Assembly (NCBI RefSeq): GCF_036321535.1 | Contig: NC_087438.1 | Location: 5,458,001 to 5,522,000, forward strand | Reading direction: 5' to 3' | DNA from: Camelus dromedarius | Lineage: Eukaryota | DNA: 64,000 nt | Shown: one piece after another, positions 35,881-48,400 of the stretch | How the letters are laid out: the number at the start of each line of letters is the position of its first letter | How positions within the stretch are numbered: the stretch's first letter is position 1 | Translations under genes and position numbers: made by a program | Notes under the pieces: model-generated | Told to the model about the DNA's origin: nothing | Database searches by the model: none | The model's input: only the letters and a program-made list of their open reading frames with translations

Positions 35881-38099
35881 GCTTAATTTGCATCTGTCTA
35901 ATGACCAGTGATGGTCTGCTGATTTCCAGGTGGACCTGGAGAGCTCAGGGATTGATTTCCCTCTTCAGGGAATGGGGCACCACTGGCTTTGATGAAACGC
36001 AAGAGCTGAGGCAGGAACACGGCAGACCACCACCAAGCTGCCCCGGGTTCGCAGCTAGAAGTAGGCGTTCGCCAGAAATTCAGCACAAGCTTGGTGGAGC
36101 TTTGGCTGAGGTCGGTGCCATGGCTTCCGCCCGAGGGCTGCACCGGGTAACTTCCTCCTCCTCCTCCAAAAACAACTATGTAAACAAACATAAAACCCAG
36201 AGTAGAAAACACCCTCACAGACAGACTGCAATTTTGATCATGAAGCAAACTTCTAGACTTGCAAGTCATATAAAAATGAAAATGGGTGTATTTAAAAAGA
36301 AGATTTAATGTCATTATCCTTCCATAAACTTTGTTCTTCCAGAATTATCAATGGCAAGACTCGGTACACAGAAGAGGTAGGAGGTCAGTTTTTTTCCTCA
36401 GCTGTCTACTTACTTTCTGATATTCTCTGATCATTTCTCTTCCCCTCTTTTACAAACTATTTCTTCTTCCGGTGGCCAAGATTGACAGACTGGGGACCCT
36501 CCATGGACCCCCAGCAACCTGAACATTAATTGTACACACGCCAGTGTTAAATGACTGACACCCAGATAGCACCTGCATTGAAATGTCCCAGCAGTGAAGC
36601 GGGATTGAAGCATTGATGCATATGTGCTTTGCAGGTCCACGGCACATACGTCTCCAGCCTCTGGGCCGACTCAGTTATAATGAGGCATGAGGTTTTGCCT
36701 ACATCCTTTAAACTTTAAACTTTCTACCATCTTGGATGACAAAAAAAATCACATTCTTAGGTTCGAATGCACTACAGATTTGGACTTTTCATCTGTGACA
36801 TCCTTATGTCACTAAAGTACTTGTCTGTGTCACAAACATGGCCCGGATAGAAGCGGCTGACTGTGAGCAGCAGAGACTCGCCCGGCTGGCCCTCCCGGGT
36901 TAGGATACAGGAGTCCTTTAAGGGCCTTGAGCACCCAAGAGGACATCCTGAAATGCTGCGCCTGTGTGTCTGAGCCAGACTGACCAACAGGCCACACAGC
37001 CCAGAAGGATGCCTCACGGTGATGCTGGCTAAACTTACAGGAACTTTAATCACTCTGTAGTCCTCAGAAATGGTGTTTCAGCCCTTCAGGCTGCCTGTGT
37101 TAACACACCAGCAGAGAGACAGCTGAGAGACTGGGTGGGTCTCGTTTTAGGACTGGTCGCTAAGAACAAGCAATTGCCCCACAGCAGTGCTCTAGGAGGC
37201 CGAGGGAAACAAGAGAGACTTCTATTTTCTGTTTGTTGAGAAATTAATCAGATTTTGCACAGAAAATCAGCCGCCTAACCCTCGGGTGCATTTCCATGCC
37301 AGCTTACTGACCAATGACAGCAAAAAAAGCATATTCAAAGCAAAGAGCCACACTAAGCAAATTTAGAAGAGATTTAATAGGCATGATTTTGCCCTTATGC
37401 AGAAGAACGCAGGCCTGTTGAGATGTTTCCGCTTAGAGAGCTATTTTTAATTGCGTGAGACACAAAGATTATATAATTCTCATAAAGATGTCAGCTGGCC
37501 CCCACCTTCCCCAGGCATCTGCGGGAATAATTCATTTGACTAATGACCCAGCGTCTGCATATGGAGAGAGTCGTACATCTTCCATAGGTTACAATATAAT
37601 ATGTTATCAGTGCAGCAGAAGTGCATTTATCTGTACGTGGCACTGACCCCGGGGAGTCCAAAGCACTGAAAGATGGAGAAATGGCAACACGTGTGAGATC
37701 TTCTCTTGCTTATCTCGAGGGCAGCTTCAGGTAAGAGTAGAAGCTTCTAGCGGCTGCAGGTGGAACGGCCCCTGGACGCTTTACCCAGCCTGCCCAGGTT
37801 GGGAGCTGTCCAGCCCGAGAGGCTTCAGACAAAATCAGGGAAGGCCAGAGATTTATGCATTCCTTTCACTGTGTTAAACCAATGACCACATAATAGAGAA
37901 GTGAAAACCTGAGGTGGGGTCAGGGAGTGGGTGGTGCTGTGGAATGTTCTAGTAACGTCCTCCTGGATTGTCCAGTCCCTGGTGCTGAAGATACTGAGGC
38001 CTGAGTTAGGAATTGCGGGTCTTGGAGTTTCAGTGCCGGAAGGGGTGTGTTGGTTATGATTCCAGAGAACCGAGGGGCGTCCCTCCACCTCTGAGAGTG

Positions 38100-39240
38100 A
38101 ATCCACCTCTCAGGGCCCCGTCCCTGGAACGTGGTGTCCAGGAGCACCAGAGGGCCCAGCCTAGCGGGAGAAGCTCGGGGTTTAGGGACAGATGAGGGCT
38201 CGCCACCTCTTCTGCGGGTCACAGGTTGGGGGAGGGCGGCTCCAGGAGTCCTTGAGAGGAAACCCGGTGGTAAGGTGCAAACACTCGGACCTGGGAGCAG
38301 GGGACAGACCTGCAGGCTCTTCTGAGGGGCTTCGCCTTGCGCCCCCCGTGTGTCGACCAAGCACCACACCCCTCTCTGCGGATGACCTCCCTCTGCCAGG
38401 GCCTGGACGCCGCCCGCCCGCCGGGCCGCACCCCCCCTGGATGCCCACCTGAGACCCCCGTGCTGGCCTCCTCATGCGACTACCTAGCTCTGCACCTGAG
38501 GACTGAATTGTTCAGGGATGGAAGAGAGGGCACAAGGGACAGAAAAAAACGGGAAGAAGAAGCGGGGAAAGAAGAGGAACTGATGCTGCTGTGAACCTGC
38601 CGTCCACGTGGTCACCATCCATCGTCGGGCTACGCCCACTGCCAGCGGAGCCAGCAGCAACCCCCCAGGCCATCCCTGAGTAACCACAGCAGCCAACTGG
38701 GCAAGTGCGACTCGGTGGAGCCCGTCGGGGTGAGGGGTGGGCAGCCATCGCTGCAGCCAGGTGTGCAGAGAAGGCAGGTGGACCCTGGGGGCTGTCGGCA
38801 AAGCTCAGGGGCGTCGGAGCAGGTGACAGGGTTGGGGACAAGATAAAGGGCCCCCTTATGATGAATGAACTGCTTTCCTAACAGGGCTTGTGAAAGCGGG
38901 GCACGTCACCTTGGGTACGTAGATTCTAAAGGAACAAGGGAAATGCAAGAAAAGAAAACCTGCCAATGTCAGGCAGTTGCTCAGTGTCCAGCTTTGTCTC
39001 AGCCCCAAACTGCGTGTCTTCCTCGTGGGAAGACGTGCTCTGCGTGGAGGGGCTGGCGTGAGGGCGCAGGCAGGAGGGCCGTGTGCCCAGGGGTTGCAGG
39101 AGGGAGGAAAGGGGTGTCACTTCAGGGACTGTCCCCTAGATGGCGCCATGAGACAACGTTTGCGTCGTTTCCGACTACGCCGTCAGATCTTCAAGCGCAC
39201 TGAAGGCCCTTCGCACCCCGTAAGGCAACGAGAAGATGCA
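38100..39240. other. Intergenic GC/CpG-rich patch
   Basis: High G+C and many CpGs (e.g. ggacgccgcccgcccgccgggccgc at ~38405); no splice-consistent coding signal recognised. Confidence 0.55.
39130..39148 (+). promoter_or_regulatory. Candidate CTCF binding site
   Basis: TGTCCCCTAGATGGCGCCA closely matches the CTCF core CC(A/G/C)(C/G)YAG(A/G)(G/T)GGC(A/G)(C/G). Confidence 0.6.
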
Positions 39241-39282
39241 TTTTGTTAGTTTCTTCCCAATGGCCTATTAAGGCACTAGTTT

Positions 39283-39739
39283 TAAAAAATCTTTTTTATT
39301 GAAATGTACTTGATTTACAACGTTAGTTTCAGGTGTACAGCAAAGTGATTCAGTTGTACATATACGTGCACATGTATTTTCTTTTCAGATTTTTTTCCAT
39401 TATATGTTATTACAAGGAACTGAATATAGTTCCCTGTGCTATAGAGTAGGTCCTTGTTGTTATCTATTTTACATACAGTAATGTGTGTTTGTTCATCCCC
39501 AGCCCCTAATTTATCCCTCCTGGCCCTTTCCCCTTTGGTGACCACAGTTTGTTTCCATGTCCAGGAGTCTGTTTTTGGTTTGTTAATAGAATTTGTATCA
39601 TTTTTTTTTTTTTTTTTTAGATTCCACATATAAGTGATATCATATGATAATATCACAGTCTTTGATTTACTTCACTCAATGTGATCACCTCTAGGTCCAT
39701 CCACATTGCTGCAAATGGCATTATTTCATTCTTATTTTA
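39283..39739 (-). mobile_element. L1 3' end
   Basis: Antisense L1 3' UTR; 14-bp TSD taag(g/c)cactagttt at 39269-39282 and 39740-39753. Confidence 0.88.
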
Positions 39740-42700
39740 TAAGCCACTAGTTTCAAAACCAGGCATTTTGTGTAGATGGCCAGTCTCCTTCTAGTCCCCA
39801 GGAAGAACGGGGAAAGGGACCTTAACTCAGGACCCAGCTGACCTCTGTAACCAAGAGAAAGTTGCTCACAACCTCTGAGCCTCCATTTCTCCATCAATGA
39901 ACAGGAGATAATGAGGCCTCAGGGAGCGAGCCCATCACCCCCTCCCCCGTTCTATCCATGTCACTCCCCTTTGTAATTAAAGTTCTTTCCAGCCAGTTTG
40001 CTTTTCCCCATTGGTCCTCTGATTAGGTCAAGATCCGGTAGGTTCGTAAGATCTGTTACCCTGCCTTCCGGAGCGGCTGGCTGACTTCGTTTTCTTGCCG
40101 GCAGTGAGTGAGGGTCTCTGTTGCTCCACATTCTCACTGGTAACTGGTATCGTTGCATTTTTGGAGCTTAGCCACCTTCGTGGGTGTGTGGTGGTGTGTG
40201 GCTGTTATCATTTTAAATTATTACTTAACAGAAGGACAATTGGTTTAGAATAAGTTTAGCTATAATCTAGGCATTTTAACCTCCTGTGGATGCTGTTTTC
40301 CCACGACGGCAGTTTTTGCTCACGTGTCTGCACCTCCCCTCCGTACCCTCGTTAAGGCCCCACGTGGTGGGCTCTCCAGGTGGCGCCTGCCGCTTCCGCT
40401 GGAAGCCCCTTCATACAGCAGCTCCTCCTTAGGCTGGGATTCCTGCTGAAACCTGGGGACAGTTGTCACATTTCAAATTTCTGTGTAACATTTTCGTTCT
40501 TTTCCTTTTTTCTTTTTACCGTAAGAAGCACAATTAGAGGTGAATACTTTTAAGCTGCACCAAGCAGTTTAATCTTCCTAAAGGAACTGGATATCAAATG
40601 GCATTCATCAGTTTAACTTCTAGGGCCATTTCTGGATACCGTAGCAGTCTGGCTGGTTTTCACAGGAAACTGGCTTTAGTCTCGCACTTGGATTGGAAGT
40701 GACCCCCAGCGTTCAGGGCTTTCTCCAGACTCGCCATCCTCTAACGCCGGCCCTGCGGTGCTGCAGAATCCCCGCTCGCTGCAGAGCACGAGGCCTCCCC
40801 AGAACAGCCCTGCAGATGGTGGCTCTGACGAACGTCAGGGCTCTGCCACCTGCATGACAGGGACCCCGTGAATTCCGGGCGCTCTGGGGCGCAGGGCCAG
40901 GCTCTGCTACGTGGAGACCCAGCGCCCCCAGACCCAGGTGTCTCCTTGCACACCTGCCCGTCTGGCTTTAGGCGTATTTCTGTGCCGCTGGCCCTGGAAG
41001 CTGCTGGGAGGAGCTGAGCTCCCTGCCCCTTCAGGGACATCTCACTGAGCCTGTAGGGGATGGGCATCGATACTGGGGGGAGAGAGGGGTCCTGTGGGTG
41101 GAGGGGGCAGAGGCCCTCCAGGAGCTGAGAGGAGTAACTGAGAGGGTGAGGGTGTCCCTGCCGTGGAGCAGCCTCTGTCCCCAAGAAGGGTCAGGCCACG
41201 GGGTCAGCGGGAACCAGGGATCTGGCCCCACGGACCCACGAGTGATGCCAAAGAGAAAGGAAGCGAATGTGGGCGGAGGGGATGGTGAGAAGGGGACCCG
41301 GTCACTCCAGCTGAGTGTTGTGGGCGGTCCTGGGAGGGGACCGTGACGGGCACGCACGGTCCTGTGGGTCTGATCCCTGGATCCTCCGGGGCCGACCGCC
41401 CGGAGCGCAGGTGAAGGTGCCTCTGTTCCTCATTATCTGTGAAAGGGTGACATTCATGGGAGTCAAAGCCTGTGTGGGGAGTGTTCCCACTGGGGTCTTT
41501 GGTGGAGTTAGCGGGTCAGGTGCCTTCAAAGTTAGGGACAGAGTCTCAGCAGGGGTCTCCAGGCGCCCGGGGGCTGCCTGAGGACGCATTAGAGCGTGAC
41601 TGCAGGTCAAGGGAGACTTCACTTAAACACGTATCGAGCCTGCTCTCAGCCACCGGTTCGCGTAAACACTTCCTTGACGCGCACGGAAGGCGCGGCCTTG
41701 AGGGAGCTCGCGCTTACACACGCCTGACGCTCCTGGACGACGGTTCCCTCGCTGCTAGAGTAAATCATGCACGTTTCCCAGCACCGTCAAGCCACTCCCA
41801 ACGCTGACTTCCACCCACGGTCATGAACTTTCTTTGGCCCAGGGTGTCTATTACACTCCACTGGGGTTTTTTTCATGGGTGCATTTTTGAAATATCTTCT
41901 TGCTTATATCCAAAATCAGCACTTTTGCATCAAAAGACGGCTCTGGGGCACTACGGGCAGATACCAGGTACTGTGAGTGGCTGCAGTGAACTGACCCACA
42001 TCTGCCTCAAAGCAGCCACTTTGCACGAGAGAGCTTGTGCTCAAGTCCACGGCTCCCACAATAAATTTCTATGTAAGTAGAATTTTCAAATGATGCCCTT
42101 AAAGCAACTCATATGCAGATTCTTTGCTGTTCTTTCTAAGGCGATTGCGTCAGCCGTGCCCAGGGCATCCACTCAGGCTCGGTGCACTTGGAGATTTCTG
42201 TCCACACGACGCAGCTGACATAGATGAATGTTCGATTATCTATGGCAGATGCCAGGAAGCCGATCTGACTCCCATGCTTTGCTGACCAGCGGTTGTGAAC
42301 TGAGAGCGCGTACAGTGATCCTTACTTTGCCCTGAGAAATGCACAAAGGTAATTCCAAGTACCGCACAGTGCATTACCATGTGGGATAAAACACTTACAG
42401 GCTGGGTACTATTTTGGAATTTATTTCTGCTGTTCACCCCTGCTGAGATCACTAATAATAATTGATTTAAGGATGTCTTGTACCTCAATAAATATAGAAC
42501 CAAGGCGTTTAGGTTATTTGTTTTGAAACTACAAAAACCAAAGGAAATTTATTGCTCTCATCTTTGCTTCTTTTCTCTTTTGGGGATTGAGAAACAATGC
42601 CTGGGATGTATGTCATCCCTGCCTGATGGCCTCTTTGCAATGCTGAAGCATCAGCAGTGATTTTTAAAAACGACTCTATTTCATGCTCTCTTTTTAAAAA

Positions 42701-44821
42701 TAGGCTTGTATTAAAGATGAATTACATATTCAAGAGGTGGAACAAGGTGTGATTCCATTTTAATGTAGTTTATTATCTGAAATTCAGTATCAGAAGCATC
42801 AGTTATGGAGCCCAATTCTCTTCTGAAAATGCGGTTCCCAGAGTGGGCGACTTAGGGCGCCATAAAAACCTAACTGAGAGCCTGACACCAAAGTTCCCAG
42901 CAGCAGTCGCCTCATGGTCAGTCTTTTCTAAGAATTGTATTAGCTCTGCCACTGGAAAAAATTCTAGCTTATTACCAATGAAGAAAGTTGCTATCAGATC
43001 TAATTCAGAGAGAGCTGTTTGATTGTGCTGACAAGATAAGCTAGTCAGTCAAGATCACTTTCAGATCAGAGAGGAGAGACGTCGCGTGAAATCTGCTACA
43101 CGCTGCTGGCGGTAGAAATCAGTCTGCGGCATTTCTTAGACTAACGTGCAGGTCAGGCACGAGGCTGTATGCCACTTCTCCTAATTTAATCAGCAATCAG
43201 AGGCAATTTAATCCTCGACTACACGAAACATTTAAATGGCTCAATGTTAAAGACTCACAAGCTCGAAAGGAGATCTGGATTCTGAAAAATCCAAACTATC
43301 CTTCCATCTCATGCTTCCCTCTCTTAAGTGTAGTTTAATATCTTACAAAAAGTTGCCAGTGCTTTGTTTAAGATGGTGATTTGTCATTTCACTTGGACAT
43401 TATTGGTTCTAATTAGAAGTGAAGGATTAATTGGCTATACGTTAAATAAATTTGCTCTTATAACTCTCTTTGAAGTCAGGAACAGAAAACAACCAGCACA
43501 CCCAGAAGAAGTGTGATGGTGTGCTCAGAGTTCAGGTGAACCCAGCCTCAGCCTTCCAGAATCAGGCAGCACTCTGACTTTTACGTCTTCATAACAAACA
43601 CACGAGCAAACACACGAGCAAACACGCAAGCAAACCCCACACCCCGCGAGTGTCTGTTCTGGAGTAGGAATGTCAGTGTGATGCATGCAGAAATTAGAAG
43701 CTTTCCTCCTCAGGCAAATCCACGGATACAGGGAACTCAGACACAGGCTCGTGGAAGCTGCCACAGAGATTGTGACTGGACAAATGAGAACCACCTAGAA
43801 CATTGTCTGGTACTTTTATTGGAAGTCAATTTCAAATTGCTTCACAAGCTTGCAAAAGGTGTCATCCTCAGCTTTGGCTAAAAAAGTTAAAGTTCTGTTT
43901 TTTGGCTAAAGTTGATTGCTTTTCCCCTAAACCATAACACTAGACTGGAGCGTCTGCACTTTGAGGGAAAATACGGTATCAACCTTCCATTGGAACATCT
44001 GGATTCACTACTGAAGTTCTCCGTCATCTGCAGAGAAAAGCATAAAATTGGCCCACTGCAGAATTCTTGTAAAGTGAGCGACAGTAGCTTCATGCTTTAC
44101 CACTTGGTGTGACTTCTGGAGACGTGAACTCTCACATGCCTCTTTCTGTGGTGAATCCTGTCGCCTGTTTTGTGATGCAAAATGTACCCATTTGGAATTG
44201 TTTTACTTTGTCACTGAACATTTTTTAAAGCCAACTTCAAGCCTTGGTAAAAAGTGCAGGAAGTTACTGACCTCACTCTTCTCAATAATTACATTTAAAA
44301 ACACAGCCTGTATATATATATATATTCTGGTTTGGTTCCTGTACAGGAACCTACACACATTTCAGATGTACACTTAGATGAAGTTTGGGAGACGTACATA
44401 CCCATGAAACCACAGCACAATCAAGATAGCTAACATTTCCATGACTCCCCAGGCGAAGCAATTTTCGAGCCTTTGTAGAATGAAATAGCATTGCTTTTCC
44501 CTCTTCATCTGAAGGAGAGAGTCGAATTTCGGTTGTCCTGCTGGAGTGCTCCTGTTTTGCAGGCTATTTCCTCACTGTTGCACTGGCTGCACCGTTCAGT
44601 TTTAGTTCTTACGATCTTAATTATTACCATCATTGGAAACCTGGCTTTTAGAAATGTGCAGTACAAATTTCCAGTGACTTTCATCTTTTCTGTTTATCAG
44701 TTCACTGGTCTTACACACTCACGTGAGAGCTGTCCAGCTCTACATCTAAGAAAGCTGTCTAGTGACGCCTGACAGAGATGCTGCTTTCAGAATCAGTTAA
44801 GGACCCCATTTGTGGCCTTGC

Positions 44822-44915
44822 AGGTGGAAAACAGTATGGAGAGTCCTCAAAAAACTAGAAACAGACTTACCATATGATCCAGCAATCCTATTACTGGGCA
44901 TATATCCAGAGGGAT
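44822..44915 (+). mobile_element. Short internal L1 ORF2 fragment
   Basis: gtggaaaacagtatggag...cttaccatatgatccagcaatcc...ctgggcatatatccagaggga, near-identical to 15974-16065. Confidence 0.8.
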
Positions 44916-45119
44916 CCACTTTTAATGCTGTCCATAATAATAACAGTTTATATTGAGTGAATGCTTATGTGTTCCTGGAACACTCTACATATTTTATATT
45001 ATGTGTGAAATAATTTTACCTTTATAATAATCTCATGAAGTAAGGGTTGTTATGATCCCCATAAATCAACAATAAAAACAGTGTTACAACAACAAACAGT
45101 GACTAAAACAATCCTTATG

Positions 45120-45420
45120 GGAGCGTGTATCTGATTTTCAGAGTTGCCACGTTATATAATTAAAAATGTCTAGTTTTCAACAAAAATTCTGAGTTGTTCA
45201 AAGAAACATGAAAGCATAAGGAAAAACAATCATGGATACAAATTGACCTTAAGCGAGCTCAGATACTGGATTTACTAGACAAAGACTTTAAATCAGCTGT
45301 TGTAAATATGTTTAAAAAAAAAGGAAAACTGAAGAAAACTGTCTAAGCAACTAAAGGCAAGTCTATATGGTGTCTCACTATATAGAAAACATAAACAAAG
45401 AGATATAAGTCAAAGAAAGG
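45120..45420 (+). mobile_element. Ancient L1M 5'/ORF1 fragment
   Basis: cagatactggatttactagacaaagactttaaatcagctgttgtaaatatgtt (QILDLLDKDFKSA..NMF-like). Confidence 0.6.
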
Positions 45421-48400
45421 CACAAGATGGAAATGTGCTCATTGGCAACACTCAGGCAATGCTGAGCTGGGATAGAAGCCCAATGTGGGTATTGGAGCCC
45501 ATGATATTTAACCACTATTTATATATACACTCACACACATATATACATAGAAATATAATTTCTTTCTAAGAAAACTTACAAAAATTGGGAAACCTAATTT
45601 GATGTATTAATTAAATCCAGCAATGTTAGGTATTTCTTCTATCACATTTTTTCCTATGTTGGTGTGCACACCCATGTATTTGCTCTAGCACAATATAGAA
45701 CAGGAATACTTGACTAAAATGGATTTGAAACGTAAGAGTGAAAAGTTACATAAAAGTGTTACTTAAGTAAAGCACAATATAGTTTCCTATATGTATGAAA
45801 GCCAGTGGATGTGTAGTTTAATCTTTCCATCAAATTATATTGATGTCCAACATATATTTGAAAAAAAAATATTTCTATTAATTATTTTTGACTAAATTTT
45901 CTGGGATCCAACTTACTTATAGACAAATATATTAGGTAATTGATGGAAAAATTGAATAAAGTCCATTCTTTGGGCTACTTTATTTATCAAAATTACTGAT
46001 TCAGAAGCTGTAAGGGATCCAGAGTTGGGGGCGAAAGCAGCTGCTCAAAACTGTCATCAGTCTCAGAGGACCAGAGAATCACATTTGGAGTTAAGGACAA
46101 CCCAGCCCAACCCAAACCAGACCAGACCAAGAAGAAACAAAACCCAGGACTTCACAGCCCATAATTCTGCAGAAGAGGAAGCTGCAAAGGAGTGAGCACA
46201 ACTTTTTGCACAGTCTTTCAGATTGAAACTGTGATGATTCTGAAGCCACCGGGAATGCCTCATCTTCGGCTTTAGCAGTTTTATTAGGATGTGCCTAGGT
46301 GTGGCTGCTTTTGTATTTATGCTGCGTGGGATTCATAAGTTTCCCCAGATCTGTGGCTTCTGAGTGTGACGCAATATGCCCTGGAAATAAGTAGAAAGAG
46401 TCCTTCCTCTCACACAGAAGAGATAAGGAAAAGGAAGAATTAAGGCAAGATTTGATGAAAAGCATATCAACACTAAAGCAGCTCACAGCCAATGACTTGT
46501 TTTCAAGAACATCTACAGTGAGAAGGTGTGAATGGAGGTGTGAACCTTTGGAGAAAGGTAATAACATCATGGGAAATCAGAGAATTCACTAAGCAGGGAT
46601 GAGCGCGAGGACCCCACAGACGCCCTGGAGGTGTGGAGTCTGGAACGGCTCTGACAGCAGCCATGCACTTCTCTTCAGTGTGGCTCAGTCTCCCAGGAAT
46701 GGGCACGTGGCCGGGTCGTGCCTCAGCAGGGAAAGTACAAAGCGGAGAGGGAGATGCTACAAAGAGGCGGATAATAGAGCCTTTGTGAGAATGAAGTTGA
46801 AAAGGTGAGCTGAGAGGCAGGTGGTTAATGGAAGAAGAACAGCTCAGGGAGGATGAATGTCTAGTGTCTAGTGAGGAATCGTTGCAGTGAGTTAAGAGTG
46901 GTTACAGGTCATGCGGAGAGGGCAAAGAAAGGGAGTTGTTGTCAGTGCAGAGAATTTGGGATTTGTTTCTTTCAAAGTGGAGCCATCCTGAGTAATGACG
47001 TCATCTGAGCTGTGGTCAAGCCATTTGAAGACAATAAACATCTGGGGGAAGTTGTCATTGGAGTTGATATCATGTCACCGGTGAGGCATAAATGTGGAGG
47101 CTCTAATAACTCAGGGGATGAGGTGGAGGCAAGAACGCTGAACCAGACTGGGGACCCAAACGAGAGGAGAGTAGTGAACTGAGGACTGATCAGTAGCACT
47201 GCTGGAGGAAAGTAAGTGTATCATCACGTGGGATTCCCAGGAGAGAAGTGGGAAAGAAGATGGTGCAAACTGCCAGAATAGCCCACGGGCAGCCAGGAGG
47301 AAGAAACTTGCCCTCCTTCCTGTAGGAGAGGGGGCGAAGCCATGGAGAAAGCAGCCTCCAGCTAACCGTGGGGACTCCGTAAAGGTGCCACGGCTGAGGG
47401 AGCAGTAGAGACAGTAAGGGGTTTTAGGAGGTTTCTGTAAAATGGAGCGCTGGGCGTAAGGAGACGGTAGGGCCCTCAGAAGTGGACAACCTGGAGGGGA
47501 AGAGGACTGGAAAAGGCAGCTGTAAGGATCCTGACGGAAGCAGGCTTCCTTCATTCCTGATCCTGAGGGAGACAGGTGGGAAACAGAGAGGAAAGACTGA
47601 AAGCAGTCCCAGGATCATCATTTTATCTCGTTAATTGCCTACAGACTGTAAGTTCTTTTTTTCTTTCTGAAAAATGCAGTACCAACTTCTGAACTCCTTT
47701 CAAGAAACCAATAAATTGTTCTGTTTTTCTAACTTACAGTGATAATCCAAAATCTTCCCCAGATATAAGACAACACATGGAATGTCTTCCTGAGCACTGG
47801 AGATTGTGCCTCTGTTTTCAAAGAATGATCTGGGCTTTCCATATAATTTTTCTTCTAAAGAGTTAAAAAGCATTAAACTGATCTATCAAAATGCTAAAAA
47901 AAAAATAAGTTGAGAGATTTAGGGCCTGCTGTACAGAACAAAACACATCGAGGGTTGGAAACTTTTCCATATTTAATTCAAGCTAAAATATTATGCAGAT
48001 CTAGGTTGACATTATGAGATATTTGTAAGGGATTATAGTTACTTTTGCTTTGAAATGAAGTGGTTGAGTTTTAAAGACTTTATCAGAAATGTTATCAAAC
48101 CTGATGGTTTATATAATTAAAAAAATATCAATTCAGAAATGATAAGATATTGTGTACTTGGCACTGTTGATTCAATAAATCTAAAGAACAACACCCACAC
48201 ATCAGAATTTAAATATCTTACCTTTTTTCCATTTTAGTGATTGAGTCAAGCTATGGGAAGCACAGGTTTATTGTTTTCATCTAACATTTCAAACATCAGC
48301 TCCTAGTAGAAAACTGCTAAGCCAATCAGTCTGCCAGAGTTCTAGAGATTGCCAAACAGCTGCTGGCATTTTCTTCTGTATACACAGCAATTCTAACGTG

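Noticed and set aside
43595..43636. Short tandem repeat (caaacacacgag) x2-3
   Set aside because: Too short, no spacers; ordinary slippage duplication, not an array of interest.
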